In this document: piece by piece, positions 18,132 to 28,290 of the stretch
How positions within the stretch are numbered: position 1 is the stretch's first letter
Layout: every line of letters starts with the position of its first letter
Source: an uncultured Candidatus Saccharibacteria bacterium
Lineage (GTDB): Bacteria; Patescibacteriota; Minisyncoccia; 2-02-FULL-40-12; GWA2-44-9
Assembly: GCA_964513645.1 (NCBI GenBank)
Contig: CAZENF010000001.1
Location: forward strand, 7,303 to 71,302
Direction of reading: 5' to 3'
Length of the DNA stretch: 64,000 nucleotides
Position numbers and translations under genes: made by a program
Notes under the pieces: generated by a model
What the model was told of the DNA's origin: nothing
Seen by the model: only the letters and a program-made list of their open reading frames with translations
Databases searched by the model: none

Positions 18132-18348
18132 GTTGTTATTCTTTAGTTTTTATGGAACTTATGTCTAATTTATTCTCAATATCCAAAATTTTAAATATTG
18201 ACAAATATAACTTTATAATGATAATTTCATGAACAAGAACAGGTGTCCGTTTCTGCATTCTGCAGATCCTGCGACTGGTTCTTTAATATCCGACCAAGAA
18301 GTGTCCCGTTAGTGGATTGCTTGGAAGTCCTCGTCAAGAGGTCTTCCG

Positions 18349-18981
18349 GTGTCTTCAGTTGAATATCCTTTAAAACATATTCGTCTTGAACAGTTATATA
18401 AAGCAGGATTTAATATCGCTGATTTTATATGTTTTGCCCCAAATACTCTGCGCGGACGTAAAAATGAATTGAAAAAATTCTTCAAAAAACACAGACGAAT
18501 ATCATGCCGAAATTTTCATTCGGATGAACGGGCACACTTTAAGTGTCCGGTAAGATATGACCAGAACGACTTTGATACGATCTTAGAATTCTGTTTGTCG
18601 AATAATGAAGGCCAGAACGAAGAGAAGGCTGCTTTTTATACTCTCTGTAATGAAGCGATAAAACTGGAGGATTCAACATGTGCCGGGAATGTGCTCATTC
18701 AAGACAAAAACTCTTTCATTGCAGAATTTTTTTATGGCAAAGGAACCCCGAGGGATATAGACCTAAAACCTTTCAATGAAATTAAATCTTACCGCAAATC
18801 AGGTTATTTACCGGCCGAAGGCGATAAGCCGTCCGATGACGTACTTAGATTCATTAAAACCGCCAAGGATTTTAAGGCATTTGCTGATAAACCTTATCTT
18901 CTTGAATTTTCGGTCTATCCTTATCCGATAGGAAAAAGACAAACCAACGTCATCTGTTGGGAATGGCGCTGGGGAGCTTAA
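18349..18981 (+). CDS. Hypothetical protein, paralog 1 of a tandem pair (weak PPDK_N / ATP-grasp-like features)
   Basis: Aligns end to end with 19068..19910: PLKHIRLxxL, RISCRNFHSDE/RISLRTVTEE, GKGTPRDID/GYGTPRDVD, EFSVYPYPIGKRQTNVICWEWRWG/EFSIYPYPVGVLKRHEVFWEWRSG. Apparent GTG start. Terminator GCCCGCATTCGTGCGGGC follows. Confidence 0.5.
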   Translation: MSSVEYPLKHIRLEQLYKAGFNIADFICFAPNTLRGRKNELKKFFKKHRRISCRNFHSDERAHFKCPVRYDQNDFDTILEFCLSNNEGQNEEKAAFYTLCNEAIKLEDSTCAGNVLIQDKNSFIAEFFYGKGTPRDIDLKPFNEIKSYRKSGYLPAEGDKPSDDVLRFIKTAKDFKAFADKPYLLEFSVYPYPIGKRQTNVICWEWRWGA

Positions 18982-19067
18982 ATATTATGCCCGCATTCGT
19001 GCGGGCTTTATATTGACAAATATCGAAAATTATAGTAAAAAATACCAGCATCTTTACATGGTTTTTT

Positions 19068-19910
19068 ATGGTCCGAACAAGACATCAGAGGAAAACGCTG
19101 GCAAGATTGATTGAAAAATTCGGCATTAATAATATTTTCAGAGCGATTGACGGCCCGTCCGGGTTCCGGAAGCGGTTGGTTGAGGTTTTAATGAAAGACC
19201 CTTATTCCAAGCCTCAAAAACAGATACTGCCCTTAAAACATATCCGTCTCCAGGAACTTTTGGATGCTGGGATTAATTGCCCCCCATTCCTTTACTGGTT
19301 GCGAGGCGAAATTAAAATCGGCGAACTTAAAGATTTTTGGAAAAAACACGGACGGATATCCCTTAGAACCGTAACTGAAGAAATAAATCTTCAGCCAACA
19401 CCTAAACTTCCTGTTGCTTATGATAAGAGTGATTGGGGGTTCATCACCGGATTTTGCATCGAACATAATATTAAGTATCACACCTTAGTTAACGCAGCGC
19501 TGCCGCTTGAAGACTCTCTTCTGGCTGGAAATATTATTTTACTCGATCCGGACCATTACATTGTTTCTTATTTTGAAGGATACGGAACTCCGAGAGATGT
19601 GGATGACAAAGATTTTTCTGAACTTAAAGTTTACCTTCGGAGCTTCGGGAATCTTGTTCCTGCTTGGGCCCCTCCTCAAATAGATGAAATAATCGGTAAA
19701 CTTAAAGAGTTCAAGCCGGATTTCAGACCGATTACCTTCGAATTTTCTATCTATCCTTATCCGGTTGGCGTGCTAAAAAGACATGAAGTTTTCTGGGAAT
19801 GGCGTAGCGGTTGTGCTCACGATCTTTATACTATTGTGACGAGGATGCTCGAACGAGTTGATTCACATGAACTTACTTTACGGATTCCGAGACAGGTCGT
19901 AAATGTATAG
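19068..19910 (+). CDS. Hypothetical protein, paralog 2 (has an extra 55-aa N-terminal extension)
   Basis: See paralog 1. The true start may be the internal Met at MKDPYS. Confidence 0.5.
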   Translation: MVRTRHQRKTLARLIEKFGINNIFRAIDGPSGFRKRLVEVLMKDPYSKPQKQILPLKHIRLQELLDAGINCPPFLYWLRGEIKIGELKDFWKKHGRISLRTVTEEINLQPTPKLPVAYDKSDWGFITGFCIEHNIKYHTLVNAALPLEDSLLAGNIILLDPDHYIVSYFEGYGTPRDVDDKDFSELKVYLRSFGNLVPAWAPPQIDEIIGKLKEFKPDFRPITFEFSIYPYPVGVLKRHEVFWEWRSGCAHDLYTIVTRMLERVDSHELTLRIPRQVVNV

Positions 19911-20073
19911 AAAAATAAGTCTTAGAATCTTAAAACAATACGAAGATATAGTCATGGAATTAAAAGAAGAAAATTCTAAACTTAGATTAAGGAACAAAGA
20001 ACTTGAGATAAAGAATGAAGAGTTATATTCCGAAAGGGCCGGAGCGGTGTATCAAAACCAATTCTGTCAAAAA

Positions 20074-20100
20074 TAAAAAGGCATTCGTGCCTTTTTTAGT
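20074..20100. terminator. Bidirectional terminator
   Basis: AAAAAGGCATTCGTGCCTTTTTT. Confidence 0.6.
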
Positions 20101-20120
20101 TTAAAAACTTATCACTTATT

Positions 20121-20594
20121 TCAGTGTATCGTTCTCTTATTACTCTTATAGCTCGGGTTCATTACCATTATCACGTTACCGTGCTCGTCCGGATATATTT
20201 TTTTATAAGGCCAATTATCCTGTTCAGCTTCTAATTCGCCTATTTTGAGAATACAAGCTTTGAATTCTTCCGCAAACATGGCCACTATGTTGTCGGCTGC
20301 AACATCTTCATTGAGCTTCAAATAAGTCCTCAATCTCTTGTCTAACTTGGCCGTGAATCCAGGCTTATTATGTTCAATTATCGAAAAAAGGGGATAAGGC
20401 AATTCGGACACTTCAACACTGAACGTAAGTAAAGCACGCCTAATCGTATAACCTATCCGATTGATAGATGTAACCCAGTCAAGGTCAACTTCTTTGAAAG
20501 ATTTTGCCTCTATTTTTCTGCCTATGGCTTTGTGGTAATTAAACAAGGATTTCAACAGTTCTTTTGAAGGGTGGAACAATACCATTTCTACCAT
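20121..20594 (-). CDS. Hypothetical protein
   Basis: 157-aa ORF with a terminator downstream. No motifs recognised. Confidence 0.4.
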   Translation of the reverse strand: MVEMVLFHPSKELLKSLFNYHKAIGRKIEAKSFKEVDLDWVTSINRIGYTIRRALLTFSVEVSELPYPLFSIIEHNKPGFTAKLDKRLRTYLKLNEDVAADNIVAMFAEEFKACILKIGELEAEQDNWPYKKIYPDEHGNVIMVMNPSYKSNKRTIH

Positions 20595-20705
20595 CTTACT
20601 CCCGTTGTAAAGATACTTTTGAGGTGAATTTAAATGATTTTTTAAGAATAGTCAAGGGTCGAATTTTTATTTGTAAAAACTCCAAATTTTGATTAATATA
20701 ATTAA

Positions 20706-22427
20706 ATGACTCATCAAGAGATACGGGAAAAATTCAAGAAATTTTTTGAATCAAAAAATCACACCTGGGTTAAATCTTCTTCGTTGTTACCTGACGACCC
20801 TTCGGTGCTTTTTACAACTGCGGGCATGCAGCAGTTCAAACCTTACTACACCGGCAAGGCGGATGCGATGAAAGATTTCGGTTCTTTAAACACCGCATCA
20901 ATTCAGAAATCAATGCGGACCTCAGATATTGACGAAGTCGGAGATGAATCACATCTGACATTCTTTGAAATGTTAGGAAATTTTTCGTTCGGCGGATACT
21001 GGAAAGAAGAAGCGATTGCCTGCGCTCATCAGTTCATTACCAAAGAAATGGGTTTGACCATTGATTATGTTTCTGTGTTTGGTGGAGAAGGCCAGGTTCC
21101 GCCCGATGAAGAGTCGGAACTTTTGTGGAACGAGCTGGCTAAAAATTCAGGGACTAAAATAAGAATTGAAAAAATGGGCCGTAAAGACAACTTCTGGGGT
21201 CCGACTGGAGATGAAGGTCCTTGTGGTCCGACAACCGAGATATACGTGAATGGAGTTGAGATATGGAACGTCGTTTTTAATGAATATTACCAGCACAAAG
21301 ACGGCAAACTGGAGAAACTTAAAACTGCCGGCATTGATACCGGGATGGGTCTCGAGCGATTGGCAATGGTAGTTCAGAAAAAAAAGAATATTTTTGAGAC
21401 GGATCTATTGGAACCTATATTAAAAATGGCTCCCAAAGATTTAGACTTGAGAATTAAAAGAATAATAACTGACCATGCCAGATCAATTGTATTTTTATTA
21501 GGAGACGGGGTTATACCCTCTAACAAAGAGCAGGGTTACATATTGCGTAGATTAATGAGAAGAGTTATTGTTTATGAACATTTAAATTCAGACCTATTTT
21601 TAATCCAAGAAGGGATATTAAAAAAAGTTATGGAGATGTATTCACCGACTTATAAAGAATTATATAATACGGATATCATTTTTGAATTTAAAAAAGAAAG
21701 AGAAAAATTCAATAAAACCTTAAAACAAGGATTAAAAGAACTGGAAAAGTCAGAAAAAATTGATTCTAAATTAGCCTTTAAATTATATGAAAGTTTTGGA
21801 TTACCCTACGAAATAATTAAAGAGGTTGGCGATAAGAAAGCCACGAAACTTACTCGTGAAGCGTTTGACGAGGAGTTCAAAAAGCATCAGGAAAAATCCC
21901 GAGCCGGAGCGGAGAAAAAGTTCGGCGGACATGGATTATTGCTTGATACGGGAGAATTAAAGGCCGGGAACGAAGAAGAGCTCAAAAAAGCTACCCGGCT
22001 TCATACAGCAACTCATTTATTACATACCGCTTTGAGGAAGGTTCTGGGAAATGAAGTTCATCAAGCCGGCTCGGATATCACAGCGGAACGGTTAAGGTTT
22101 GATTTTAATTTTCCACGCAAATTAACCCACGAAGAATTACAAAAAATAGATGACTTAGCCAATGAAGCAGTTAGAAAAGATTATAAGGTTACCAAAAGAG
22201 AAATGACCTATGAAGATGCCATAAAATCCGGTGCTTTGGCCTTCTTCAAGTTAAAATATCCACCCAAAGTGAATGTTTATACTGTCGGGCCGGATGAAGG
22301 ATTTTTCAGCCGAGAACTTTGCGGCGGGCCGCATGTTTCGCATACAGCCGAGATAGGTCATATTAAAATAACCAAAGAAGAAGCAGTTTCCGCCGGAGTC
22401 AGGCGTATCAGAGCCACAGTTGATTAA
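20706..22427 (+). CDS. alaS: Alanine--tRNA ligase, compact form lacking the C-Ala domain
   Basis: N-terminal FFESKNHTWVKSSSLLPDDPSVLFTTAGMQQFKPYY. Editing-domain HTATHLLHTALRKVLG and GGPHVSHTAEIG. Only 573 aa. Confidence 0.9.
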   Translation: MTHQEIREKFKKFFESKNHTWVKSSSLLPDDPSVLFTTAGMQQFKPYYTGKADAMKDFGSLNTASIQKSMRTSDIDEVGDESHLTFFEMLGNFSFGGYWKEEAIACAHQFITKEMGLTIDYVSVFGGEGQVPPDEESELLWNELAKNSGTKIRIEKMGRKDNFWGPTGDEGPCGPTTEIYVNGVEIWNVVFNEYYQHKDGKLEKLKTAGIDTGMGLERLAMVVQKKKNIFETDLLEPILKMAPKDLDLRIKRIITDHARSIVFLLGDGVIPSNKEQGYILRRLMRRVIVYEHLNSDLFLIQEGILKKVMEMYSPTYKELYNTDIIFEFKKEREKFNKTLKQGLKELEKSEKIDSKLAFKLYESFGLPYEIIKEVGDKKATKLTREAFDEEFKKHQEKSRAGAEKKFGGHGLLLDTGELKAGNEEELKKATRLHTATHLLHTALRKVLGNEVHQAGSDITAERLRFDFNFPRKLTHEELQKIDDLANEAVRKDYKVTKREMTYEDAIKSGALAFFKLKYPPKVNVYTVGPDEGFFSRELCGGPHVSHTAEIGHIKITKEEAVSAGVRRIRATVD

Positions 22428-22461
22428 TTATCATTTTTGATTTATCATATCGGGCAGAACT

Positions 22462-22722
22462 TTGTCTTCTGATACCCCGAAAGGAAACCAATTGACCTCG
22501 AATAATCCTGATTGTGTCAGACCCACTGCACCTATCGTCCCGTGTTATATTTGCCGTAAGCCGACCAAAACTTGCCAAACCGAGGGCTTAAAATGTCCGG
22601 TACCGAACCATTCTCAAGTCAGCAGATTAAGTAATGGCAGCTGGGTCTGCTCAAATATCTGCAAAGATATTTATACCCAAAACCATACTGTCGAAATTGA
22701 CGGTTACAGCCACGCCGTTTAA
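22462..22722 (+). CDS. Possible small Cys-rich protein (needs a TTG start)
   Basis: 8 Cys in 86 aa. No in-frame ATG. Terminator AGAGCTCTCTTCAAGGAGAGCTTTTTT follows. Region GC is elevated. Confidence 0.25.
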   Translation: MSSDTPKGNQLTSNNPDCVRPTAPIVPCYICRKPTKTCQTEGLKCPVPNHSQVSRLSNGSWVCSNICKDIYTQNHTVEIDGYSHAV

Positions 22723-22784
22723 TTAACCAGAGCTCTCTTCAAGGAGAGCTTTTTTAATTGAAGCTTTAATTAAAACCTGCTACA

Positions 22785-23015
22785 ATGTTTGATATGAAAC
22801 TACCAAATCAAAGTTTAACCTCGGACGAAATAGTAAACGAGGTCGAAGGCACACCGGAAGACCTCAATGAAGAGCGTCTTGTCGGCCCTCAAGATGAGGA
22901 CGATGATGATCCGGATGATACCACTCCGGCTGAAGCAGAAGAATTGGCGGACGAAGGTGAAGAAATTATCAAACAGCAGAGGGAGAGCATCAGACGCCAC
23001 GATGAAAATAAATAA
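22785..23015 (+). CDS. Small acidic protein (Asp/Glu-rich), translationally coupled to frr
   Basis: Its stop overlaps the frr start (TAATG). Confidence 0.35.
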   Translation: MFDMKLPNQSLTSDEIVNEVEGTPEDLNEERLVGPQDEDDDDPDDTTPAEAEELADEGEEIIKQQRESIRRHDENK

Positions 23016-23569
23016 TGTATCAGGATTTAATTAAACAACGAAAGAGTGATTTCGACGCTGCTTTTGAGCATGCTCGGAGTGAAATTGCGGCCATTCGCAC
23101 CGGCCGTGCGAATTCGGCCATGGTTGAAGATATTCAAATTGAATACATGGGCTCAAAAATGAGACTAAAAGAACTTGCGACAATAATGACGCCCGAACCT
23201 CGGATGATAACCATTCAGCCCTGGGACAAAACTGTTATTCCGGTCATCGAAAAAGCCATCCGTGACCATGGAACCGGCTTATCTCCTGCTTCAGATTCGA
23301 ACGGGGTTAGAGTATCCGTTCCGTCTCTGATGGAAGAACGCCGCAAAGAAATGCTTAAGCTTCTGGGTCAAAGAGTCGAAGATGCCAGGATAAAAAGCCG
23401 CCATGTCAGAGAAGACATTCTTAAAAAAGTCCAAGCCGAAGTAAAAGCCAAGACTGCCCGTGAAGACGACCTTCGCAAAGCCAAAGACGAACTCCAGAAA
23501 GTTATGGATGATTTTAACCGGAAACTCGATGAGTTATCAAAAAAGAAAGAACAGGAATTAATGAATTAG
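23015..23569 (+). CDS. frr: Ribosome recycling factor
   Basis: 184 aa. IRTGRANSAMVEDIQIEYMG plus a C-terminal Arg/Lys-rich helix typical of RRF. Confidence 0.95.
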   Translation: MYQDLIKQRKSDFDAAFEHARSEIAAIRTGRANSAMVEDIQIEYMGSKMRLKELATIMTPEPRMITIQPWDKTVIPVIEKAIRDHGTGLSPASDSNGVRVSVPSLMEERRKEMLKLLGQRVEDARIKSRHVREDILKKVQAEVKAKTAREDDLRKAKDELQKVMDDFNRKLDELSKKKEQELMN

Positions 23570-25885
23570 ATGATGAACAAAAACGACCCACATTTAAATA
23601 AGCTCAGTTGGGGCGTTTTTTTTATTTCATTGAGCGTTTTGTTCTTCGAGCTTTCTTTGGTCAGGTTGTTTTCGGTTGCTTTATCGCCGAGTCTGGCGTT
23701 TTTTGCGGTTACCCTTATATTTTTTGGTCTAACTCTGGGAGGGCTTACGGTTTATTTTTTGAACTCATTATTTTCAGATAAAAATTTTTATATAAAACTT
23801 GGTTATCTTGGTTCTCTGTTCGGATTTCTTCTCATCGCTTTCGTTTATATTTTTATAAACATCGATCCTTTAAGTAAGGCCGCATCTTTCAAAATGATAT
23901 GGCTTGCGGCTTTACCGATAACTCTGGCCAATGTTTATTTGTCTTATATTTTTAGTGTTAAAGCTGATAAAATTGGCAAAATATATGCTTTTGATCTGTC
24001 CGGTGCGGGTATAGGCGTGATGGTATGTTTGATACTTCTAAGCCATATGAGCCCGGTGGGGGTTATTTTGATCGCCGCTTTTATTGCTTTGGGAAGTAGT
24101 TTTCTGTTCATTGAAAATAAAAAACAGGCTTATTTATTGGGGTTTATTTTATTGAGTTTCTTTATATTTTTTACTAAAAATGGTTTTCCAGATATAAAAT
24201 ATACGAAACGTGGTTTTGAAGAAAACACGGTTTTTTCCAAATGGAACTCTTTTTCAAGAATATCTCTGCTTAGTGAAAAAGAAAAAAGATTTCTCTATTC
24301 TCTTCCGTCACCGGATATCCAGACCGTCGGCCAGATGGGGATTGAAATTGACGCCGATGCCTACACCTCGGTCCTGAACTTTAACGGAGATCTGAATAGC
24401 GTGAATTTTCTTAAAAAAGATCTTTCGAGCTTTGCTTATCATTTAAATTCTTCGGGCAAATCCCTGATCATTGGTCCGGGCGGGGGAAGGGACGTGTTAA
24501 CTGCTCTTTTGTTCAACAATAAAGTTACGGGCGTGGATATAAATCCGATAATTGTTAACAATCTTATGGAAAACCGGCTGAAAGATTTTTCTGGAGGCCT
24601 GTATTTCAGACCGAACGTGAACATTAAAGTTGCCGAGGGAAGGAGTTTTATCAAAAAAGACGGCAACAGGTACGATACAATTGAATTGTCTTTAGTTGAT
24701 ACTTGGGCATCCACGGCGGCAGGAAATTTAGCGATTGTTGAGGGCTATCTCTACACTTCCGAAGCGTTTGAAGATTACCTTCAACATCTTAATCAGGGTG
24801 GAGTTCTAACTATCTCGCGCTGGTCTTTAGATGGAGAAAAACTTATATCTTTATATTTTAATGCCGCGGAAAAATTAGGAATTAAAGACCCTTCAAAAAA
24901 TATAATTGTCATCGGTAAAACTGACGGCCGGGTCGGTTTGTATAATTATCTTTTTAAGAAAGAACCTTTTACTAAGGAAGAAATAAACAAAGCCAGCCAG
25001 TTCGTTAAGGCAAATGGTTTCTCGAATATTTATATTCCCGGCCAGCCATTGAATAATGAATATAATTCTTTCATCCTTTCTGATAATTGGCATGATTTTG
25101 TGGAGCATTACCCCTTGAACATAGCTCCGGCAACCGACGATAAACCTTTCTTTTTCTTTACTTTGCCGGTATCCGAGCTGACCCGATTCCATTTCATTGA
25201 AACCTATCTGCCTGACGGCGGGCTTGGCCTTGCCTTTAGGTTCGCTCTTATTTTTACCGTAATCTGTGTTTTGCTGCCTTTTATGTTTTCTTTTAAAAAA
25301 TTAAAAGGATTTTCCGCTGATGCGATTTGGTTTCTTTTATATTTCGGATTAATAGGGTTATCTTTCATGCTGATAGAGATATCATTAATTCAGAAATTTA
25401 TCCTTTACCTGGAATATCCGATCTATTCTTACTCGGTGGTCATTGCTACTTTACTGATCTTTGCTGGCTTCGGCAGTCTCAAAGCTCAACAGAGAAATAC
25501 CGGTACTAAAAATTTTACCTCGGCCGTGCTTATCTTATCAATCTTTTTTATAATCTATTCTGTATTTGGAAACCAGCTTATAAAAAATACGATATCCTTG
25601 GAAATATATAAAAAAATATTCTTAACCGTGCTGATAAATTCACTTCCAGCATATTTTATGGGTATGATGATGCCTTTGGGAATAAGAAAAATGAATGATT
25701 CGTCAATGAGTTATCTGACATCCTGGTGTTGGGCGGTGAACGGTTCAGCTTCGATCTTAGCTTCGGTCATTTCCGTATTTCTGGCATTATTATACGGATT
25801 TAACGGCGTAATTCTGATCGGAATGGCAGGATATATCCTATCCCTGCTCCCGATATTTTTTATCCGTTCACGGACCGTCGGTTAA
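23570..25885 (+). CDS. Polytopic membrane protein with a central spermidine/spermine-synthase-like (SAM-MTase fold) domain
   Basis: About 7 N-terminal and about 6 C-terminal TM helices. LIIGPGGGRDVLTALLFNNKVTGVDINP matches the SpeE GGGDGG motif region, and YDTIELSLVD follows. Confidence 0.6.
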   Translation: MMNKNDPHLNKLSWGVFFISLSVLFFELSLVRLFSVALSPSLAFFAVTLIFFGLTLGGLTVYFLNSLFSDKNFYIKLGYLGSLFGFLLIAFVYIFINIDPLSKAASFKMIWLAALPITLANVYLSYIFSVKADKIGKIYAFDLSGAGIGVMVCLILLSHMSPVGVILIAAFIALGSSFLFIENKKQAYLLGFILLSFFIFFTKNGFPDIKYTKRGFEENTVFSKWNSFSRISLLSEKEKRFLYSLPSPDIQTVGQMGIEIDADAYTSVLNFNGDLNSVNFLKKDLSSFAYHLNSSGKSLIIGPGGGRDVLTALLFNNKVTGVDINPIIVNNLMENRLKDFSGGLYFRPNVNIKVAEGRSFIKKDGNRYDTIELSLVDTWASTAAGNLAIVEGYLYTSEAFEDYLQHLNQGGVLTISRWSLDGEKLISLYFNAAEKLGIKDPSKNIIVIGKTDGRVGLYNYLFKKEPFTKEEINKASQFVKANGFSNIYIPGQPLNNEYNSFILSDNWHDFVEHYPLNIAPATDDKPFFFFTLPVSELTRFHFIETYLPDGGLGLAFRFALIFTVICVLLPFMFSFKKLKGFSADAIWFLLYFGLIGLSFMLIEISLIQKFILYLEYPIYSYSVVIATLLIFAGFGSLKAQQRNTGTKNFTSAVLILSIFFIIYSVFGNQLIKNTISLEIYKKIFLTVLINSLPAYFMGMMMPLGIRKMNDSSMSYLTSWCWAVNGSASILASVISVFLALLYGFNGVILIGMAGYILSLLPIFFIRSRTVG

Positions 25886-25934
25886 GAGTCGAAATTTGTC
25901 CGGAATAATTATAAATGCTATATTCTAAAGAATA

Positions 25935-27020
25935 ATGGTGACTTTTCTTATTTTTATCTTAGTCATCGGTGTCCTGGTCCTCGTTCATGAATGGGGACAT
26001 TTTATTATGGCTAAAAAAACGGGAATGAAAGTCGAAGAATTCGGTTTTGGTTTTCCGCCACGTTTGTTCGGCATTCAAAAAGGCGAGACGATATACTCGA
26101 TAAACTGGATACCCTTCGGAGGCTTTGTCAGAATATCGGGCGAGGACGGGGAAAGTAATGACCCAAGGAGCTTCAGCTCAAAATCAATGACAGCGAAATT
26201 AAAGGTCGTTGTGGCCGGAGTAATGATGAACCTTATTTTTGCTGTCTTCCTTCTTATCTTAGGCAACTTCCTGGGTTTAAGGATAGGTTTATTCGATGAT
26301 ACTACAATTGCCAAGGCGCATGATAAAAAAGTTCAAATTATCGAGATAGCTTCAGGCAGTCCGGCTGAACATGCCGGATTAAGGGTTTTAGATGAAATAG
26401 TCGGTTTTCAGGACAACGGCGCTCTTAAATCAATAACCTCAACAGCAGAGGTTCAGGATTTTACTTCAAAGAATGTCGGCCACCTGGTTGAGATGGTTAT
26501 CCGCCGCGGCAGTGAGACTGTCGTCAAAGAAGTTGAAGCGAGAGCAAATCCTCCGGCTGGAGAAGGAAGTGTTGGAATCGTCATGGCCTTAACCGGAGTT
26601 GTTTCTTATCCTTGGTATGAGGCTATCTGGCGAGGAAGCTATGATGCCGCAATCCTGGTCTACAATACTATTTATGGTTACTGGCTATTACTGACAACTC
26701 TTTTTTCAAGCGGCAAGCTTATTGGCGAGGTTTCAGGGCCTGTCGGTTTGGCAACCATAACCGGACAAGCGGCACGGGTCGGATTCAGTTATTTGGTTGA
26801 GTTTGTTGCTTTGATCTCGGTCAATCTTGCCGTGCTAAATATTGTTCCTTTCCCGGCACTCGATGGCGGCAAAGCGGCGATGGTCATTATCGAGAAAATC
26901 AAAGGTTCCCCGATAGACAGAAAATTAGAAAATATTGTAAATAGTTTGGGCTTTGCGCTTTTGATTGCCTTGATGATTTATGTCACAATTAAAGATATTG
27001 CTAAGCTTTTTATGGTATGA
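25935..27020 (+). CDS. rseP: RIP metalloprotease RseP (site-2 protease, M50)
   Basis: HEWGHF (HExxH) in TM1, a PDZ domain, and NLAVLNIVPFPALDGG. Confidence 0.85.
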   Translation: MVTFLIFILVIGVLVLVHEWGHFIMAKKTGMKVEEFGFGFPPRLFGIQKGETIYSINWIPFGGFVRISGEDGESNDPRSFSSKSMTAKLKVVVAGVMMNLIFAVFLLILGNFLGLRIGLFDDTTIAKAHDKKVQIIEIASGSPAEHAGLRVLDEIVGFQDNGALKSITSTAEVQDFTSKNVGHLVEMVIRRGSETVVKEVEARANPPAGEGSVGIVMALTGVVSYPWYEAIWRGSYDAAILVYNTIYGYWLLLTTLFSSGKLIGEVSGPVGLATITGQAARVGFSYLVEFVALISVNLAVLNIVPFPALDGGKAAMVIIEKIKGSPIDRKLENIVNSLGFALLIALMIYVTIKDIAKLFMV

Positions 27021-28252
27021 GGTTTTCTGAATTATTTACCAAAACATTAAAAGAAGCTCCGACGGATGAAACTGCGGTCAATGCCCAGTTCTTATTGCGG
27101 GGCGGATTTGTTTTCAAAAATTCCGCCGGCATTTACTCCTATTTGCCACTTGGCTGGCTAGTTCTTTCAAAGATAGCGAAGATAATCAGAGAAGAGATGA
27201 ACGCCGTCGGAGGCCAGGAACTGTTCATGTCCGCTTTAGTAGAAAAAAAATATCTTGAACCGACAAAAAGATGGGATTTGGATATCGGTTTTTTTGCCAA
27301 ACCAATGAACGAACAGGAGGCAGGTTTTGTCCTTGGCTGGACCCACGAAGAAATGCTTACTTCGATCGCATCAAAATACGTCAGCTCTTATAAAGATTTG
27401 CCGTTTTCAGCTTATCAGATTCAAACCAAATTCAGACACGAGGCAAGAGCTAAATCTGGCTTACTCCGAGGCAGAGAGTTTATGATGAAAGACCTCTATA
27501 GTTTCCATACGAGCGAAGAAGACCTGATGGCTTATTATGCCAAAATTGCAAAAGCTTACCATAAAATATTTGAGCGCTGCGGATTGAAAGCTATTTATAC
27601 TCTTGCGGCCGGCGGAGCATTTACCATCAGCAATACTCACGAATTTCAAGTTTTAGCGGATGTAGGTGAAGATACTATTCTGATATGTTCAAAATGTAAT
27701 TATGCCGAGAACATTGAAATATCAAAACTTAAACCCGGAGACAAATGTCCTGAATGCAAAAACGCGATAGAAGAAAAAAAATCTATCGAAGTCGGCAACA
27801 TCTTTCCCTTGGGAACCAAATACTCTTCGGCTTTGGGTTTGGAATTTTCCAATGAAAAAGGGGACAAGAAACCCGTCGTCATGGGTTCTTATGGTATCGG
27901 CCTCGGACGCTTAATGGCCACTGCAGTTGAGGTTAGTCATGACGACAAAGGGATAATTTGGCCCAAAAATATCGCGCCATTTAAAGTTCATCTCATCTCA
28001 CTTGACGGCCGGAAAAAAGAAGCCGAAGAATTGTATAAAAAAATCAAAGACAGAGGAATTGGGATCATTTACGATGACAGGGAAGATAAAACTCCCGGAG
28101 AAAAATTTGCCGATGCTGACCTGATCGGTTGTCCATTTCGTCTGGTCATCAGTAATAAAACTATTGAAAAAGGATCGGTTGAAATCAAACATCGGAATAA
28201 AAAAGAATTTCAGCTTCTGAAACTCGACGATATCATTGACAATATAGTATAG
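27017..28252 (+). CDS. proS: Proline--tRNA ligase, short form without the INS editing domain
   Basis: FRHEARAKSGLLRGREFMMKDLYSFH class-II motif. C-terminal anticodon-binding domain. 411 aa. Confidence 0.9.
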   Translation: MRFSELFTKTLKEAPTDETAVNAQFLLRGGFVFKNSAGIYSYLPLGWLVLSKIAKIIREEMNAVGGQELFMSALVEKKYLEPTKRWDLDIGFFAKPMNEQEAGFVLGWTHEEMLTSIASKYVSSYKDLPFSAYQIQTKFRHEARAKSGLLRGREFMMKDLYSFHTSEEDLMAYYAKIAKAYHKIFERCGLKAIYTLAAGGAFTISNTHEFQVLADVGEDTILICSKCNYAENIEISKLKPGDKCPECKNAIEEKKSIEVGNIFPLGTKYSSALGLEFSNEKGDKKPVVMGSYGIGLGRLMATAVEVSHDDKGIIWPKNIAPFKVHLISLDGRKKEAEELYKKIKDRGIGIIYDDREDKTPGEKFADADLIGCPFRLVISNKTIEKGSVEIKHRNKKEFQLLKLDDIIDNIV

Positions 28253-28290
28253 ATAGATATAATAGAGAATCCCATCTTAAGGAGATGCTG

